Assembly: GCA_016178505.1 (NCBI GenBank)
Contig: JACOTG010000048.1
Coordinates: 5,110-69,109, forward strand
Direction of reading: 5' to 3'
DNA: 64,000 bases
Source of the DNA: Planctomycetota bacterium
GTDB taxonomy: Bacteria > Planctomycetota > JACOTG01
Each line of letters begins with the position of its first letter. Within the stretch, counting starts at the first letter, position 1. Below the pieces are notes generated by a model. The model did no database searches. It had not been told where the DNA came from and worked only from the letters and a program-made list of their open reading frames with translations. Shown piece after piece: positions 37,945 to 47,420 of the stretch. Position numbers and translations under genes: made by a program.

Positions 37945-39524
37945 GGCTGAGCCATGGCTTGTACGTCCGGACCGCCGCCAGCGTGCTTCGCTAGCTGCCG
38001 GCGATCCACTTTTCCAGATGCCGTCTTGGGCAGCTGATCGACGAACCGGACCTCGCGTGGTGCGCGAACGAACGGAAGAACTTTCAAGCAGTGTGCGAGG
38101 ATTTCGTCGTCGCTCACCGACTGGTTCCGCGCGCGGACGACGAACGCAAGGATGCGCTCGCCGAGCAGTCGATCGGGCACGCCGACCACCGCGGATTCCG
38201 AGACCGCCCGGTGCGTCGCGATCACGTTCTCGATCTCACGGGGGAAGACGCGTTCGCCAGCGCTCTTGATCAACTCGGACTTTCGGCCGACGAGGTAGAG
38301 GTATCCGTCCTCGTCGAGCCATCCCATGTCGCCGGTGTGAAGTCGTCCCACTTCGTCGATTCGAGGCGACGTGTCCGATTCGTTCGCGACGTACCCGCGC
38401 ATGACGTTCCGCCCCGTCACGGTCACCTCGCCGATTTCGCGAGCGCGGAGCAACGTGTTGTTCTCGGAGAGGATCTCGACGTGAACGCCCGGAATCGGCC
38501 GTCCCACGGATCCGCGTCGCAGCGCGACCTCGGACGGCCCGAGGTGAGTCACGCGCGGCGACGCCTCAGTGAGACCGTAGGCTACGTGAATCGCCACTCC
38601 GGGCAGGCTCGCCTCGAGGTCTCTCAAGACGGCCGGCGCGACTCCGCCTCCGGTCACGAGCACATAGCGCAGATCGGGAAGCGGCGTGTCGCGCAGCCCG
38701 CCCCGTTCCATCAAAGCGACGAAGTGATACGGCACGCCGGAGAAGCCGCTGACGTGGTGCTCCACGATGTCGCGCACGACTTGGCGTGGGAAACGAAAGT
38801 CGGTGGAAAACGCCATCGTTCCGCCGATCCAGGTGTGCATGAGCAGCTGCATTCGTCCGTGAATGAAGTGGAGCGGCACGACCACGAGGATGCTGTCGTC
38901 GCTCCCGAGCGGCATTCTCTCGTTGGCGGCATGTAGGTTCGAGCTGAGATTCTCGTGTGAGAGCTGTACGCCCTTCGGAGTGCCGGTCGTGCCCGAGGTG
39001 TAGACGATCATCGCCACGTCCGATTCGGTTGCCTGGGGAGACGCAGGGTCCTCGGACTCCGTCGCGTCGATTTCGTCGAGCGCATGGATCGACATCGATG
39101 AAAAAGTCGACGCCGGAGAATCCAGCGGAGCTTTGTCGGTGAAGACGACGCGTGGCAATGCGGCGCCCGCGCCCGAGTCCACGATCTGTTGAAGCAAGCG
39201 TTGCGAGATGACGATCGCGCGCGGTCGGCATTCGGCGAGGAGCGACTGGATGGCTGCCTGGCTCGCGACGGTCGGGACGTCCACCGAGACGGCGCCGCGC
39301 TTCAGGATTCCCCAGAAGTAGACGACTGCCGCTGGAGCGTTTTCGTGCAAGATCGCCACGCGATCCCCCGTGCCGATGCCGAGGCGACGAAGTCGAGCGG
39401 CGACTTTTCCACTCTTCTCCGCGAGCGTCGCAAAGGAGATGCGCTCGTCCGGAAACGCAAGGGCAATTTTCTCCGGGAAACGCTCCGCGGATTCCTCCAG
39501 AAAGTCGGGAATGATCTGGCTCAT
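37941..39524 (-). CDS. AMP-dependent synthetase/ligase (acyl-CoA or acyl-ACP ligase)
   Basis: IVYTSGTTGTPKGVQLSHEN (A3), YGLTE, GDMGWLDEDGYLYLVGR motifs. The start is Met42 of the six-frame ORF and overlaps the ACP stop (ATGA). Confidence 0.8.
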   Translation of the reverse strand: MSQIIPDFLEESAERFPEKIALAFPDERISFATLAEKSGKVAARLRRLGIGTGDRVAILHENAPAAVVYFWGILKRGAVSVDVPTVASQAAIQSLLAECRPRAIVISQRLLQQIVDSGAGAALPRVVFTDKAPLDSPASTFSSMSIHALDEIDATESEDPASPQATESDVAMIVYTSGTTGTPKGVQLSHENLSSNLHAANERMPLGSDDSILVVVPLHFIHGRMQLLMHTWIGGTMAFSTDFRFPRQVVRDIVEHHVSGFSGVPYHFVALMERGGLRDTPLPDLRYVLVTGGGVAPAVLRDLEASLPGVAIHVAYGLTEASPRVTHLGPSEVALRRGSVGRPIPGVHVEILSENNTLLRAREIGEVTVTGRNVMRGYVANESDTSPRIDEVGRLHTGDMGWLDEDGYLYLVGRKSELIKSAGERVFPREIENVIATHRAVSESAVVGVPDRLLGERILAFVVRARNQSVSDDEILAHCLKVLPFVRAPREVRFVDQLPKTASGKVDRRQLAKHAGGGPDVQAMAQP

Positions 39525-39781
39525 GGCTGTGCCATTCGACCGTTCAGGTTCTTCTCGACGTACGCCCTGAGATTTCGAACCGAGCCGAAGTTCTCGGGCA
39601 CGAGGTCGTCGACAGCGACTTGAAATGAGAAATGCTCCTCGATCCACACGACGAGCTCCATCATCGCCGTGGAGTCGAGCATCCCCGAGCCCACGAGGTC
39701 TGTGGTCGCCGTGACGTCCGGCCGTGGGCCGGAGACGAGCTTTTCATGGATGAATCGCATGATGGTGTCTTCGATGTTCAT
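39521..39781 (-). CDS. acyl carrier protein
   Basis: 86 aa. GMLDSTAMMELV phosphopantetheine-attachment motif. The start overlaps the upstream stop (ATGA). Confidence 0.7.
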   Translation of the reverse strand: MNIEDTIMRFIHEKLVSGPRPDVTATTDLVGSGMLDSTAMMELVVWIEEHFSFQVAVDDLVPENFGSVRNLRAYVEKNLNGRMAQP

Positions 39782-40932
39782 GCGGCGACTCCTCCGAAGT
39801 GCTGGAAAACGAGAGGGGGCGAAACGGCGAAGCGCGCAAGCATGTCTTCTCGAACGCGGACGCCGAGTCCCGTCATCGTTACCGACGCGGGTCCGTCGGC
39901 AGTGCGCGAGGTCGAGGGGGTCTCGACGACGTCTTCGGTGAGCAGAAAACGGCTCTGGCCCTTGCCGTCGAGGAAGTCGAAGCCCTCGACTCGGCTGCCG
40001 AAGATTTCGGAAGCACGGGAGAGGATCCCCGTCTCGCCGACGAGCGTTCCGAGATGACAATCGATTCCGGCATCGCGAGCGACTCGGACGAGTGCGAGCG
40101 ACGCGACGAACCCGCCGCACTTGGCGAGGCGGATGTTGAACGCATCGGCTGCGCGCTCTGCGATCAGCCGATGCGCATCATCGAGCGTGCACACCGACTC
40201 GTCGGCCGTCACCGCGAGCCCCGTGCGCTCCCGAACGAGTCTCATGCCGGCGAGATCGGTCGCGGGCACCGGCTGTTCCACGAACTCGATGTCGATGTGC
40301 TGCATGGCTTGCAGCCGCTCGATCGCGACGCGGGCGGACCACGTGCCGTTTGCATCGACGCGGAGGCGAGCCGTCTTGCCGAGCGTCTTGGAAATGATCT
40401 CGAGGCGGCGCACGTCGTCGTCGCAGCCGATCTTCACCTTTACGTGCCGGCGGCCCGCGAGCCGCACGAGCGTGCAGTGCCACACCAGTTCGTCCGTCGG
40501 AACTTCGAACCCGATCACGACGCCCGGCTCAAGAGAACCCGAGCATGTCGGACCGAGCACGTCGCCGGCATCGAATCCGATCGCCCGTCCGGCGACGTCG
40601 AGCGCCGCCATCTCGAACCCCGTGAACGTCGCAAGCGCGCGGCCGGCGTCGCGAAGGTCGCCTTCGATTGCAGCGACGACGTCTTTCGAGTCCTCGAGTC
40701 TCCGTCCGAGCCACCTGCGGGCCATCGTCGGGCCGTGGTCATGGAGCACGCTCTGGATCGTCTCTCCCGTCAGGTACGGACGCGGCAAGATCTCGCCGAA
40801 GCCACGCTCGCCGGAGTCGGACGTGATCGCGACGATCACGGCGTCGGTCTGACGCCGTTCGTGCGACGCATGCTGGAACGGCGCCCGCAACGGGATCTGG
40901 ATGACGTGTAGTTCAACGTCTCGAATCTGCAT
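39778..40932 (-). CDS. enolase-superfamily enzyme, mandelate racemase/muconate-lactonising/o-succinylbenzoate-synthase-like
   Basis: KVKIG...RLRVDANGTW...IDIEFVEQP metal-ligand pattern of MR/MLE. Confidence 0.75.
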   Translation of the reverse strand: MQIRDVELHVIQIPLRAPFQHASHERRQTDAVIVAITSDSGERGFGEILPRPYLTGETIQSVLHDHGPTMARRWLGRRLEDSKDVVAAIEGDLRDAGRALATFTGFEMAALDVAGRAIGFDAGDVLGPTCSGSLEPGVVIGFEVPTDELVWHCTLVRLAGRRHVKVKIGCDDDVRRLEIISKTLGKTARLRVDANGTWSARVAIERLQAMQHIDIEFVEQPVPATDLAGMRLVRERTGLAVTADESVCTLDDAHRLIAERAADAFNIRLAKCGGFVASLALVRVARDAGIDCHLGTLVGETGILSRASEIFGSRVEGFDFLDGKGQSRFLLTEDVVETPSTSRTADGPASVTMTGLGVRVREDMLARFAVSPPLVFQHFGGVAA

Positions 40933-42577
40933 GAATCCTTTCCGCGATCTCGAACTCGTGGAGAACGCTCGCGTTTCGGGTCAAGTGAATGGGTTTGAGC
41001 TGGTCGGGGCTTGCGCCGTTCATCACGCGCCGGCGCTGCCATGCCGCATAACCACCCGGTTCCACGATCCAGACTTCCGGCGGTCCAAGGCGCAAGGACG
41101 CGCGCTTCGTTGCGTACTCGATGTTCTGACGCTCGATCTCGCGGTCGAGCGTCCCAGGGAAACTCGCCAGACGTTGCGGCTGCGCTGGAGACGCGACCTC
41201 GACGAGAAGCACGTAGTGGGGAAACGGTTCGGCAGCGGGGAAGAGAGTGAACGATTCGAGGTCGATTCCGATCGCGCTTGCGCTCGCAGAAACGGCTTCG
41301 GTCACTTGGTCTTCCGTGAGCTTCTCGCCGGTCATCGAGCACGTGGCGCCTGCACGGTGGAGAAACTCGACGATCGGAGTCGCACCACGGAATCCGTGAA
41401 CCCGCACGACGTCGCCGATGTGGTAACGATACAGCCCTGCGGACGTGCTCAGGATCACGACGTATCGACGGCCCACTTCGAGCTCGTGAGCGAGACGGAC
41501 CTCCGGTTCGCTGCAATCGACTTCTTCCTCGGCGACGAACTCGAAGAAGTGAGTTTCCGTCGCGAGCACTCCGCCGGGCCCTTCATCGACGTCGTCGAAC
41601 GGGATCGCAATGACCCCTTCGGATGCCATGCAAACGTAGTCGCGCTGCGCCGCCCCTCCGATGTACGGCTCGAGCAGCCGGAGATACGGACGCAGCATCG
41701 GGCTCCGCCAGCACACGACCAGGGCAAGCGACAGCCAGATCTCGCTCGCGATCAGGCGCGGGCCGTCGTCGTGCAGCAGCGCTTCGAGCTCACGGGCGCG
41801 CGTTGGATTGGCAGGACATCTTGCCGCGACGAGATCGCGAACGGAGTCGTCGACGTTCACGGTGGCGCCGAGGCCCCCGCGCGCCACGTCTTCGATGAGT
41901 GAGTCGGCGAAGTCCGAGAGTTTCTGCAGGAAAACGAGCAGCGTGCTCGGATGGAGCGCCATGAGGAGTGGGAGGTCCTCTTCGAGGAGGATCCGAGCGG
42001 TCGCATACGCGCGAGCGTCGACGTCGACGATCGAGCCGATCTCGCGCGGCACGAGCGGCGTGCGGCGAAGCGACAATCCCGAGCTCCACGCGGACCAGAA
42101 AGCGCTCTCGGAGCTGCACGGGATGCCGCCCCACGTGAGCGTCGGTGCGCCCGATTCCACGAGGCTCATCACCATCGTCGAGCGATTCACGCTCGGGTGC
42201 CGCTCGAAGACGCGGCTCCAGTAAGTACCGAATGCACGCCACTTGTCCCGAATCAACGAAGCGGTGACGGGGACGCGCTTCGGCTCGCCGGTCGATCCAC
42301 TCGTGAGAAAGAAATGGCGCACCGGCTCGGCGACGAGCACGCTCGCTTCGCCGCGCGCCATGCGATCGACGTCCGCGCGGATGTTCTCGTAGCGGACGAT
42401 CGGAACGGCGCGCTGGTAATCGCGGACCGAGCGAACCACGCGGAACTGGTGCCGACACCCGTATTCGCAGTCTCGATTCGGCTCGACGATCCGTTTCAAC
42501 AGGCACTCCTCTTGAAGGATGTCCGGGCGATCGAGGCCATTCCTCGAGGCGTCGTGCGGCGCGCGAGTGGTCGTCAC
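40913..42577 (-). CDS. GH3-family acyl-acid amido synthetase (adenylate-forming)
   Basis: VPIVRYENIRADVDRMARGEASVLVAEPVRHFFLTSGSTGEPKRVPVT matches the GH3 N-terminal signature. GTG start with RBS GGAGGA overlaps the upstream stop (GTGA). The six-frame ORF extends further upstream into the neighbouring gene. Confidence 0.75.
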   Translation of the reverse strand: MTTTRAPHDASRNGLDRPDILQEECLLKRIVEPNRDCEYGCRHQFRVVRSVRDYQRAVPIVRYENIRADVDRMARGEASVLVAEPVRHFFLTSGSTGEPKRVPVTASLIRDKWRAFGTYWSRVFERHPSVNRSTMVMSLVESGAPTLTWGGIPCSSESAFWSAWSSGLSLRRTPLVPREIGSIVDVDARAYATARILLEEDLPLLMALHPSTLLVFLQKLSDFADSLIEDVARGGLGATVNVDDSVRDLVAARCPANPTRARELEALLHDDGPRLIASEIWLSLALVVCWRSPMLRPYLRLLEPYIGGAAQRDYVCMASEGVIAIPFDDVDEGPGGVLATETHFFEFVAEEEVDCSEPEVRLAHELEVGRRYVVILSTSAGLYRYHIGDVVRVHGFRGATPIVEFLHRAGATCSMTGEKLTEDQVTEAVSASASAIGIDLESFTLFPAAEPFPHYVLLVEVASPAQPQRLASFPGTLDREIERQNIEYATKRASLRLGPPEVWIVEPGGYAAWQRRRVMNGASPDQLKPIHLTRNASVLHEFEIAERIHADSRR

Positions 42578-43509
42578 GATCGTTCCTCCATCGAAGAGAG
42601 GGGACGACCCGAGTGGGGCCGGAGCAAGTCGTCGATCCACGAGAGGACGCGAATGGAAACGGCTTCCGGCTCGTCGAGCTGCATGGCGTGGGCGCAATCG
42701 CACGCAGCGATCGTGACGGGAAGCTCGGAGAGGCTTCGAAACGCGCGCGCGGTCCGCGCGTTGGCGACGACCTCGTCGCGCGAGGCCAGGAGCACGAGCG
42801 TCGGCTGCTGCAAGCGCGCGAGGCCCAAGACCGCATCGATTCCCAGGCGCCGCATCGCGCGGAAAAAGCGCGGCGTGAATGCGCGAAGTCGCCGCGCGTC
42901 GGGCAGGATGAACGATTTCAGCGCAGGTCCCGTCGTGAACTGCTCCTCGCGAATCGGACTCACCAGGCAAGGCGCGTCGGCGGGACTCGAGCGCATGGCG
43001 GAATCCTGCGATCGCATCGCACCGAGGATCGCCTCCGATGGGAAAAGACCGGGTGCCAACAGTGCGAGGCCCGCGATGCGCGGACCGAACTCGAGTGCGG
43101 CGACAACGGCAAGCGCAGCGCCCCAACACCAACCCACGACGACGAGCGGGGCCGTCGTCGCTTCGGTCTCGCGGCGGAGAATCCGATCCAGATCATCGAC
43201 GAGGATTCGCGATGACGGCGCGTCTCCGCGTGCCTCGTCGTTCAGCCCGGAGCCGCGGCGGTCGGCTCCGACGACGTGCAGCCCCGCGCGTGCAAGGCGC
43301 CCGGCCAGCGGCTCGAACCAAAGGGAATGGCTCATGACGCCGTTCACGAGCGCGACCGTCGCCCGCCGCGCGGCTGCCGGCCATACCCGATAGTGCAGCC
43401 GATAGCCATCCGAGGAGACGACGCATCGAACTTCGGCTTCGGCCGGCCCTTCGCCTGGGACGAGCGCGGGCAACGCCGGGCTCGATGGACTAGACCGTAG
43501 TATTGCCAC
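42574..43509 (-). CDS. alpha/beta-hydrolase-fold protein
   Basis: GWCWG-type nucleophile motif and acid/His residues. The start is ambiguous: GTG at 43509 overlaps the SDR 3' end, and a TTG at about 43470 is the alternative. Confidence 0.55.
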   Translation of the reverse strand: MAILRSSPSSPALPALVPGEGPAEAEVRCVVSSDGYRLHYRVWPAAARRATVALVNGVMSHSLWFEPLAGRLARAGLHVVGADRRGSGLNDEARGDAPSSRILVDDLDRILRRETEATTAPLVVVGWCWGAALAVVAALEFGPRIAGLALLAPGLFPSEAILGAMRSQDSAMRSSPADAPCLVSPIREEQFTTGPALKSFILPDARRLRAFTPRFFRAMRRLGIDAVLGLARLQQPTLVLLASRDEVVANARTARAFRSLSELPVTIAACDCAHAMQLDEPEAVSIRVLSWIDDLLRPHSGRPLSSMEERS

Positions 43510-44278
43510 CGCAGACGTTCCATGCTTCCCCGGTAATGCCGCTCGACGCCGGCGAGGCGAGGAAGAGCGCCAGGGAAGCAACTTCGAAAGCCGTAATGAG
43601 ACGACGTTGCGAATCGTCTCCGAGAACCTGATCGATGTGTTCTCGGTCGGATCGACCGAACATTTTCCCGCGCGCCTCCATCGTTTCGTGGACGAGGTCC
43701 GTCTCCACGTGCCAGGGGCAGATGGCGTTGACCGTGATGCCGAGCTTTGCGGTCTCCAACGCGACGGACTTCGTGAATCCGATGACCGCGGCCTTCGAAG
43801 CCGCATAGGCGCTGTTGAATGCCGCTCCGACCTTCCCGGAGACGGAGGATACGTTGATCACGCGTCCCGACCGCGCCTTGATCATCGGGCGGATCGCGGC
43901 CTTCGTGCACCGGTAGACGCCGAAGACGTTGGTCTCGATCACGCGCCGCCACTCGTTCTCGTCGGACATGATCAAGTTGGCCACGTAACTCACACCCGCG
44001 TTGTTGACCAGGATGTCGATCCTGCCGAACTCGTCCAGCGCGGCCGTGACCATTCGATCGACGGCGCTTTGGTCGGTCACGTCCGCCACGATCGAGAGCA
44101 CGGCTCCGCTACCGGTCGAACGAACCCTGTTCGCCGTTTCCTCCAGGGGCTCTACGGACCGCGACGACAAGACCACGGCGGCCCCCTGTTGGGCGAACAG
44201 CAGGGCGATCTCCCGTCCGATGCCGCGTCCGGCTCCGGTGATGACGGCGACCTTGCCAGTCAGTTCAGCGCTGCTCAC
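43490..44278 (-). CDS. SDR-family oxidoreductase (FabG-like)
   Basis: TGAGRGIGREIA...NNAG...YAASKAAV catalytic YxxxK. GTG start with RBS GGAGGA chosen over the upstream Met, which would add a Pro/Arg-rich extension. Confidence 0.75.
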   Translation of the reverse strand: MSSAELTGKVAVITGAGRGIGREIALLFAQQGAAVVLSSRSVEPLEETANRVRSTGSGAVLSIVADVTDQSAVDRMVTAALDEFGRIDILVNNAGVSYVANLIMSDENEWRRVIETNVFGVYRCTKAAIRPMIKARSGRVINVSSVSGKVGAAFNSAYAASKAAVIGFTKSVALETAKLGITVNAICPWHVETDLVHETMEARGKMFGRSDREHIDQVLGDDSQRRLITAFEVASLALFLASPASSGITGEAWNVCGGNTTV

Positions 44279-44400
44279 GGATCCTCCAGCCCTCCGCCTC
44301 GTGGCACTTCTTGCAAACCTCGGTCCCGGTCGCGGCGGGTTGCAGGGGCGCGGCACGGCGCGTGCGTTTCACGTCGCGGGATAGACAGGAAGGTTTGTCG

Positions 44401-45579
44401 ATGCCGGAAAGTCTGTCGGCCGCCGATCCGACTCGGGCGGATGGAGTCGCACGATGGCAAGAAATGCCAGCGGTGCGCGCATTTTACGAGTCGGACGTGC
44501 CGGAGGTGGCCGACCTCTTCGTCCGATCGTTTCGCCCCGGAGGGTCTGCTTCCGCGGCGGCGGTCGCGGCGTACACGCGACGAGCTTACTTCGCGAATCC
44601 GTGGCGCGACGATGCCTACCCGTGCCTGGTTCACGAGGGGCGCGACGGCCGCATCGACGGGTTCCTCGGAGTCATTCCCCGTCCCGTGCGGTTCCGCGGA
44701 GCGGCGATGACCGCCGCGGTCGCGGGCAATTTCATGGTTCGCGCCGACGCGTCCGGACGGCGCGATCCTCTCGCTGCGGTGAACCTCGTGAGGGCTTTCT
44801 TCGCAGGCACTCAGGACGTGTCGTTGACGGACACCGCCAACGATCTATCGCAGTCGATCTGGCAGGCGTGCGGCGGCGTCACGGCGCGCATGCACAGCTT
44901 CACCTGGATCCGGCCGATTCGACCATTTCGACTGGCCGTCGAAGAGCTTGCGAAACGCGGCGACCGTTCGCCGCTCCACGCGCTCGGACGCATGGTTTGT
45001 CCGTTCGCCGACCCGTTCGCTGCGCGGATGGCAGTCCGCCCGCTTCGTCGCGCTGCGGACGAATGCGTCGTCGACGAGCTTCGGGCGAGCGATCTGCGAA
45101 AAGCGTTGTCTGCATGGTGCCGGCACGAACTCTCTCCGGACGACGACGAGGCGTCGCTCGAATGGCTGCTCGAAGAAGTCGGTCGAAAGAACGGGGCGGG
45201 GATCGCTCGGCGATCGCTCGTTCGAGATGCGCACGGTGTTCCGATCGGATGGTACGTCTTCTACCTGAAGCCGGGCGGCATCAGCGAAGTCTTGGGGCTC
45301 GGCGCCGATCCGCGTCACGCGGACCGCGTCGTCTCGCGGCTGATCGTCGACGCGGCGAAGGAGGGCGCGATTGCGCTGCGCTGCCGCTCCGACCCTGAGC
45401 TGGTGACGTTTCTCTCTCGGAGATACTGCTTCTTCTACAACGCCGGCGCTTGGGTGCTCGCGCACTCACGCCACACGGACGTGCTCAACACGATTCACTC
45501 CGGGAGCGCGCTTCTGGGCGGCCTTCACGGCGAGACCTGGACGCGCTTCACCGGAGATTCGTTCGACGAGGAAGTGTGA
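44401..45579 (+). CDS. hypothetical protein, possibly a GNAT/FemAB-like acyltransferase fold, divergent from the GH3 operon
   Basis: 392 aa. RBS GGAAGG. Weak two-lobed resemblance to GNAT-fold acyltransferases. Low confidence. Confidence 0.35.
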   Translation: MPESLSAADPTRADGVARWQEMPAVRAFYESDVPEVADLFVRSFRPGGSASAAAVAAYTRRAYFANPWRDDAYPCLVHEGRDGRIDGFLGVIPRPVRFRGAAMTAAVAGNFMVRADASGRRDPLAAVNLVRAFFAGTQDVSLTDTANDLSQSIWQACGGVTARMHSFTWIRPIRPFRLAVEELAKRGDRSPLHALGRMVCPFADPFAARMAVRPLRRAADECVVDELRASDLRKALSAWCRHELSPDDDEASLEWLLEEVGRKNGAGIARRSLVRDAHGVPIGWYVFYLKPGGISEVLGLGADPRHADRVVSRLIVDAAKEGAIALRCRSDPELVTFLSRRYCFFYNAGAWVLAHSRHTDVLNTIHSGSALLGGLHGETWTRFTGDSFDEEV

Positions 45580-45582
45580 GCG

Positions 45583-45614
45583 GCTGGGGTAGGGGAACAG
45601 CCCCACCCCAGCCG
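45583..45614. terminator. GC-rich hairpin between convergent genes, a putative bidirectional terminator
   Basis: GGCTGGGGTAGGGG-AACA-GCCCCACCCCAGCC: a stem of about 13 bp with one bulge, lying between stop codons at 45579 (+) and 45621 (-). No U-tract. Confidence 0.35.
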
Positions 45615-45620
45615 GTTCAT

Positions 45621-47420
45621 TCAGAACTGCGAGCGATAGGCATCCCACATCGCAGCCGGGAAGTCGCTCCACGTCACCTGCCAATTTGGAGCGCCGATGT
45701 CTCGGCACACCTGCCGGTAGCGGTCCAGGTAGTCGAAGAGCGCGTCGTGATTCCACAGCGCCTCGACTCCCATGATGCGAGCCGAGAGCACGACTCCCCA
45801 CCATGCGTTCGCCGTGCAGCACGTGCGGTAGGCGTTCCCGTACCACGCCTTCGCATCGGACGTGGGATCGGTCGAGTGGCGAATCCCCCACTCGGGCGTG
45901 CCGACGTCGCGGGCGTCATAGCCGCCGTACCCAAAGTCAAACACGCCCGCGCTGGTTTCCTGGACGTAGAAGGTCTGCCCGTCCTCCCCGAACTCGACGC
46001 TCGAATCGAAGCCGATCGCGCTCATGGACGGATCCGCGAGCATGAGGCCGGCAAACAGAATCGGCCACTTTCGGCCGCTGCCGTGTCCGCCGTTGGGCGT
46101 CCAATTGTGAATGCCGCCGGCGCGCACGATTCCATAGAGGTCGATGCCGAGCTGCACGTAGCGGACGAGGAGTCGCTGCTTTTGCGCCGGCGAGAAGTTC
46201 AGTTGCAGCATGAGGGCGCCGGTCGAGATCTGATCGGTGAGGTCACGCCCATAGTCCGGCATGTCGTCTGCCGGATGGTGATAGCGACCCAACCAGCCCG
46301 GGATGTGGTCGATCCACGGCCTTTCGAAGTAGCGCTCGACGACGGCGAGACTCGGCGTCTCGGCGATCGGCGCTAGACTCGCGAGCAGCGCCGTCTGGAG
46401 CTGCGATCGGTTGAATTGCACAGTCTTGTCGCTTCCGCAGTAGGGCGGGCGGAAGCTTCCCGGCGCTGGAGCGGAGTCGAGCACGGTGAGGATCGCCGCA
46501 GTTCGGATCTGCGGCTCGGCGCCAGCCTCCGGCTCACTGATCGTCGAAACGAGTGACGAGCCCGAACGGAGGACGAGCGGGTTCGCCTGAGAAACGTCGA
46601 GCGCGAGGTTCAGGTTCGGTTGGTACTCACCGTTGTCGTACTGACCGTACATGCGGCTGTCATAACCGTGGACCGTTGTCGTCGGATTCGGATTCAACAT
46701 GGACCCGTTCATCGTTCTCGCTCCCGAAGAGAGCGACTCCGGATCGATCCGGATGATCGTCGTCGGGCCGACGACCCACCAGTCGCCGTTTGCGAAGAGT
46801 CCCACCGGATAGTCGTGGTCGAACGTCCACGTGATCCCGAACTGGCTGAGCGACGAGCGAAGGCTCGTTCTCGAAACCGTGACGGCCACTCCATTGCTCA
46901 GCGCGAAGCCCCCGGATAGCGCGTTCTGGTCCTCGACGAACGCCTGGACGAAGATCGTCAAGCCTGCCCATCTCTGAGGGACTCGAGCGACGAACGTCGT
47001 CGACGGGTGAGAGATTCCGATCCCGATCATGGGTCGGAACGGTGGGGTGTTCGTAGCGTCCGGCGTGAGGTCCGGAACGAGGAGCGCGCCTGGGCCAAAC
47101 TGCGACGAGACGTCGGTGCAACCGGCACGAAGCTGCCACCCGATGAACACTCGCGTCGCCGTCGGCGAGAGGTCGCTCACCGTCAATGCGGCCGACTGTC
47201 CCGGAACGAGCGGGTCGATCGAGATCTGCGGAACGAGACCGGTTCCACCTGCAGTCCCGCCGCCGACGCACTGCGCCGACGCGGAGGACGGGACGCCCGC
47301 CGCGACGATGACGAGAGCGAGCAGTGCACCGACCGCAAGTGCGCTTTTCGATCGCAAGCGGTCGGACCCGTGATGGACGGTCGATGACGGCAACACGCGA
47401 GCAGTTTGAACACTAGACAT
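45621..47420 (-). CDS. secreted hypothetical protein (about 600 aa)
   Basis: RBS AGAAGGAG. Signal peptide ...ALAVGALLALVIVAAGVPSSASAQ. Trp/Gly-rich with no recognisable family. Confidence 0.5.
   Translation of the reverse strand: MSSVQTARVLPSSTVHHGSDRLRSKSALAVGALLALVIVAAGVPSSASAQCVGGGTAGGTGLVPQISIDPLVPGQSAALTVSDLSPTATRVFIGWQLRAGCTDVSSQFGPGALLVPDLTPDATNTPPFRPMIGIGISHPSTTFVARVPQRWAGLTIFVQAFVEDQNALSGGFALSNGVAVTVSRTSLRSSLSQFGITWTFDHDYPVGLFANGDWWVVGPTTIIRIDPESLSSGARTMNGSMLNPNPTTTVHGYDSRMYGQYDNGEYQPNLNLALDVSQANPLVLRSGSSLVSTISEPEAGAEPQIRTAAILTVLDSAPAPGSFRPPYCGSDKTVQFNRSQLQTALLASLAPIAETPSLAVVERYFERPWIDHIPGWLGRYHHPADDMPDYGRDLTDQISTGALMLQLNFSPAQKQRLLVRYVQLGIDLYGIVRAGGIHNWTPNGGHGSGRKWPILFAGLMLADPSMSAIGFDSSVEFGEDGQTFYVQETSAGVFDFGYGGYDARDVGTPEWGIRHSTDPTSDAKAWYGNAYRTCCTANAWWGVVLSARIMGVEALWNHDALFDYLDRYRQVCRDIGAPNWQVTWSDFPAAMWDAYRSQF

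Noticed and set aside
39521-39530. The identical 'MAQP' C-terminal tetrapeptide on both the ACP and the AMP-ligase as a repeat signal.
   Set aside because: The underlying DNA differs (gcacagccatga against gccatggctcagccgtga). This is a coincidence of short Ala/Gln/Pro-rich tails.
44290-44320. Sigma-54-like promoter TGGCACttcTTGCA upstream of the 44401 gene.
   Set aside because: The GG-to-GC spacing is 8 nt, not the canonical 10. This is probably a chance match.
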